Below, in pieces: positions 26,095 through 28,513 of a stretch of DNA of 28,513 nucleotides. Position 1 is the first letter of the stretch, and each line of letters starts with the position of its first letter. This DNA is from a virus (lineage: Duplodnaviria > Caudoviricetes): positions 1 to 28,513 of the IMG/VR virus record IMGVR_UViG_3300047403_000123; one strand, written 5' to 3'. The notes under the pieces were generated by a model. It ran no database searches and was not told the DNA's origin. It saw only the letters and a program-made list of their open reading frames with translations. Made by a program: the position numbers and the translations under genes.

Positions 26095-26513
26095 GCGGCA
26101 TTTTTCCTGTAAGCAATTCGGCAATGGCGGGCGCAATACGGATGACTATCAAACACCATCGCCCCGCAGAATAAAGTGTCCGATCTTTCTCCGCCGACTG
26201 GAAATCGACAAGTTAAGCCTGTCAATTCCATGATTTTTACATTTGTATTTATATCCTCCGCCGGCAAATCTGTGACTTGATCGCATAAGAATTTGGGCCA
26301 AATAGTAGTCGGTCTAATACCTTGTTTTTTAACAGGGTTTTCACTTCTTTTTCGAGGCGCGCGGACAATTCGATTGATTGATAATCCAATGCGATGCGCG
26401 CGGCCAATGACTGAATTACGGCTTACTCCGAGAATGTCGCCAATTTCCCGCGCACTCATTCGGTTAGCGATGCCGTCACGGATCATTTGATCCGTTTTAT
26501 TATCCCAACGCAT
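26091..26513 (-). CDS. gcrA: GcrA cell-cycle regulator homolog
   Basis: W..SAREIG..LGVSRNSVIGRAHRIGL and CRFPVG..FCG..PYCARH..AY. Confidence 0.93.
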   Translation of the reverse strand: MRWDNKTDQMIRDGIANRMSAREIGDILGVSRNSVIGRAHRIGLSINRIVRAPRKRSENPVKKQGIRPTTIWPKFLCDQVTDLPAEDINTNVKIMELTGLTCRFPVGGERSDTLFCGAMVFDSHPYCARHCRIAYRKNAA

Positions 26514-26694
26514 CTAACAATTCCTCTGCGCAAATAAAGATTTCGACCGACTGCCTTTTGATGCGGTCGATTTCGCTTTTCACAATCAATTTATCATCTG
26601 CGCTAATGGCTGATTCCAACCCGCTGGCTGAAAAACTAATTATCGTAAACGCCGCCATGATCTGGCCGGCAAGCTCAATCGGCTCGCGTTTCAT
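26500..26694 (-). CDS. Hypothetical protein
   Basis: AGGAGG 7 nt before the ATG at 26694. Confidence 0.6.
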   Translation of the reverse strand: MKREPIELAGQIMAAFTIISFSASGLESAISADDKLIVKSEIDRIKRQSVEIFICAEELLDALG

Positions 26695-26845
26695 TTTCAT
26701 ACCTCCTGGCGATAGGGTCTCGCCCTCCGAGCTCCTCGAGCACGTCGAGGGCGGCACTTATGGCGCGGTTAAACTCGCTGTTTTCCAACCCGCCAAGAGC
26801 GTTGATGCGCTCCCATGCAAGGTCCAGTTCGGTGATGATGTGCAT
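26675..26845 (-). CDS. Small hypothetical protein (56 aa, below the ORF-track cutoff)
   Basis: MHIITELDLAWERINALGG...LEELGGRDP...; starts right after the previous stop; RBS gggga. Confidence 0.6.
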   Translation of the reverse strand: MHIITELDLAWERINALGGLENSEFNRAISAALDVLEELGGRDPIARRYENETRAD

Positions 26846-26953
26846 TTACAATCCCCCCACCAAATAGCCAATCCACAGGTTCAGCATCGCCAGGAACGCG
26901 ACGACGGCGATAAGTTCGATCAATGTCATGATTGCAGCGCCAGCGAATTGCAT
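26846..26953 (-). CDS. Small single-TM peptide
   Basis: LIELIAVVAFLAMLNLWIGYLVGGL; fills the operon gap. Confidence 0.45.
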   Translation of the reverse strand: MQFAGAAIMTLIELIAVVAFLAMLNLWIGYLVGGL

Positions 26954-26954
26954 G

Positions 26955-27698
26955 TTAGTAATTCTCCGCTTCAATGCGAGTGATGAAAAAATGAATGCCG
27001 CTAGAGCATTCATTCTGCCAGTTTTCGTCCCATTTATCGGGTTTAACGCGCTGGCCAACGCGGTATTCGGTTTTGTTGTCGTGATCGGAAACAGCAACAT
27101 TCGCGCCTATAACTTCCAGCACGTCGGCAAATTCAGCGCGGCATTTACGGCCGAAAGCGTGGGATCGGCGCGCGTCTGACGGGATGCGCAGTTTTACGAG
27201 TATTTTGCCGGAGCACTTTTTCCAGCCGATCAGGTCGCCATCGGGAAGAATGCGCGTTTGTGCAACGGCAAGTTCTGAATTTTTGGTGCCGGCCAGATCG
27301 GCGCCGGCCAGATTGGCGCGGGCCAGATTGGCGCCGGCCAGATCGGCGCTGGCCAGATTGGCGCCGGCCAGATAGGCGTCGGCCAGATCGGCGCTGGCCA
27401 GATTGGCGCCGGCCAGATCGGCGCCGGCCAGATTGGCGCCGGCCAGATCGGCGCTGGCCAGATCGGCGCCGGCCAGATTGGCGCCGGCCAGATCGGCGCC
27501 GGCCAGATTGGCGCCGGCCAGATCGGCGCTGGCCAGATCGGCGCCGGCCAGATAGGCGTCGGCCAGATCGGCGCGAGTTTTAATTGCCCATTTCACAGCC
27601 AGCCCAAGTTTAATCGAATAATTGTCATCCGGGTTGCATTCGATTTCGGCGACGACTTGGACGGCACCAGTAAACCGGTTTTTGATTTCAAATTGCAT
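26955..27698 (-). CDS. Pentapeptide-repeat protein with a DUF5758-like C-terminal domain
   Basis: MQFEIKNRFTG start; 19 A(D/N/Y)LAx repeats; LIGWKK..KCRAE..ECSSGIHFF. Confidence 0.9.
   Translation of the reverse strand: MQFEIKNRFTGAVQVVAEIECNPDDNYSIKLGLAVKWAIKTRADLADAYLAGADLASADLAGANLAGADLAGANLAGADLASADLAGANLAGADLAGANLASADLADAYLAGANLASADLAGANLARANLAGADLAGTKNSELAVAQTRILPDGDLIGWKKCSGKILVKLRIPSDARRSHAFGRKCRAEFADVLEVIGANVAVSDHDNKTEYRVGQRVKPDKWDENWQNECSSGIHFFITRIEAENY
27288..27572 (-). repeat. 19 x 15-bp tandem repeat encoding the pentapeptide repeats
   Basis: Unit is approximately GCCGGCCAGAT(C/T)GGC on the + strand. Confidence 0.95.
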
Positions 27699-27699
27699 G

Positions 27700-28029
27700 T
27701 TAATGCGCCTTTCCCAACATTTGCACCGCTTCTTCGCCGCAATTATCGGCGATGAAATCGCGCAAATAGCTCGGGCAGCCATCTCCCAGCTGATCAAGAC
27801 GGTCATATACTGTTAGCGCCATATCGGCAGTCACGTCGCATGACGTGCCGGCAGCCAGGTCAACGCAGATCACGCGGGAAATGTCGCTATATTGCGCTTC
27901 AATGATGTCGCGCAACACAGTTTCTCGGCCCGTCTCACGGACAGGGCATTCGCGGACGTAATCATCATTTGTGCGGGTTGTGCGGATATACAGCCGCTCA
28001 ATCACCAGATACATTGGGATGGTTGTCAT
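27700..28029 (-). CDS. Hypothetical early protein
   Basis: RBS gaggag; first gene after the promoter. Confidence 0.78.
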   Translation of the reverse strand: MTTIPMYLVIERLYIRTTRTNDDYVRECPVRETGRETVLRDIIEAQYSDISRVICVDLAAGTSCDVTADMALTVYDRLDQLGDGCPSYLRDFIADNCGEEAVQMLGKAH

Positions 28030-28056
28030 TGTAACGTCTCCTCAGTTCGCAGGGGT

Positions 28057-28086
28057 TTTATACGACAATTTGTCGTACGGTGTCAA
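28057..28086 (-). promoter_or_regulatory. Strong early sigma70 promoter with a perfect palindromic operator (28061-28077)
   Basis: TTGACA-N18-TATAAA; TACGACAA-T-TTGTCGTA. Confidence 0.8.
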
Positions 28087-28105
28087 CACAAGGAATCGCG
28101 TTTTT

Positions 28106-28375
28106 CTAAACTTTTTTATGTGGCGTCCCAATCAATGCCGCTTTAGCCCGCCAATGGGCCGTTTTCGCACGGGCCAAAGCGGATGCGGTGCGGCGGATGT
28201 CGGCGTCTAGATCGGCTATTTCAGCCTCCACGGGCCGGATATTGGCCCCACGCCGCCGCCAACGCTCCAACGCACGCCGGCGCTGCTGTTCCAGGCTGGC
28301 GACCGCCAGCTCCAACCGGCGGACTTCCGCGCCGGTTTCCCGGCCGATTTGGTCGATTTCGCGGTATGGGATCAT
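28106..28375 (-). CDS. Hypothetical coiled-coil protein
   Basis: RBS gagg 5 nt before the ATG; heptad-like sequence. Confidence 0.5.
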   Translation of the reverse strand: MIPYREIDQIGRETGAEVRRLELAVASLEQQRRRALERWRRRGANIRPVEAEIADLDADIRRTASALARAKTAHWRAKAALIGTPHKKV

Positions 28376-28513
28376 GCCAGCCTCGTGATGTAGAGACGCC
28401 GATCAAAAGTGCGGGTAACATATTTTTTTTTATGAAAGTGCCCGTATACGCCAGCATATTGCCGAGCTTTTTTTAACGGATTGCCAACTCCCATGACGAC
28501 GGTTTCGCCAATT

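Larger units (their letters stand above)
1..28513. mobile_element. Bacteriophage/prophage genome segment (podovirus-like virion genes plus T1-like replication module), probable alphaproteobacterial host
   Basis: Dense overlapping ORFs (ATGA/TAATG couplings); ejection-like proteins, endolysin/holins, exonuclease, SSB, primase, VRR-NUC and GcrA; no host core genes. Confidence 0.95.

Noticed and set aside
27260-27583. CRISPR array or PDRRR-repeat protein on the + strand
   Set aside because: These are contiguous 15-bp repeats with no spacers, and the + strand ORF is the antisense shadow of the pentapeptide gene.
28376-28513. CtrA site, promoter or genome terminus in the AT-rich end
   Set aside because: There is no full TTAA-N7-TTAA or well-spaced -35/-10 pair, and the context is truncated by the window edge.

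Overview
The whole window is bacteriophage DNA, most likely from a podovirus-like tailed phage or prophage of an alphaproteobacterium (it carries a gcrA homolog, a GTA-type 3TM holin and rhizobial-like TIGR02594/RlpA genes). No host housekeeping genes, tRNA, rRNA, CRISPR array, capsid, terminase or large integrase are visible. From left to right: (1) the end of the late operon on the + strand, with a small virion protein, a GNAT protein and two ~1000-aa internal/ejection proteins sharing a repeated xAxGG motif; (2) a lysis module with a membrane-tailed pesticin-type muramidase and holin-like proteins, followed by extra secreted CHAP/NlpC-P60 and RlpA hydrolases and a terminator at ~10.65 kb; (3) a ~3.8-kb island (10665-14461) centred on a small serine resolvase/invertase, with small genes transcribed outward in both directions; (4) a T1-like replication/recombination module (VRR-NUC, SF2 helicase, HD hydrolase, DNA methyltransferase plus SNF2-like helicase, YqaJ exonuclease, SSB, Sak4-like AAA ATPase, Cro-like HTH, Prim-Pol primase-helicase); (5) a leftward early operon (pentapeptide-repeat protein, GcrA, HTH). 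The best candidate for an undescribed system is the resolvase island. Unrelated small genes in it are joined by a recurring linker (AGAAAGGGCCGCCCA-ATG and TAGRRGCCGSCC-ATG variants), one gene is present as two diverged alleles, and the right junction truncates a C5-cytosine methyltransferase exactly at a chance mimic of the linker. This suggests an integron-like gene-cassette array, but that is an inference. All product calls come from motif recognition by eye, without database searches.
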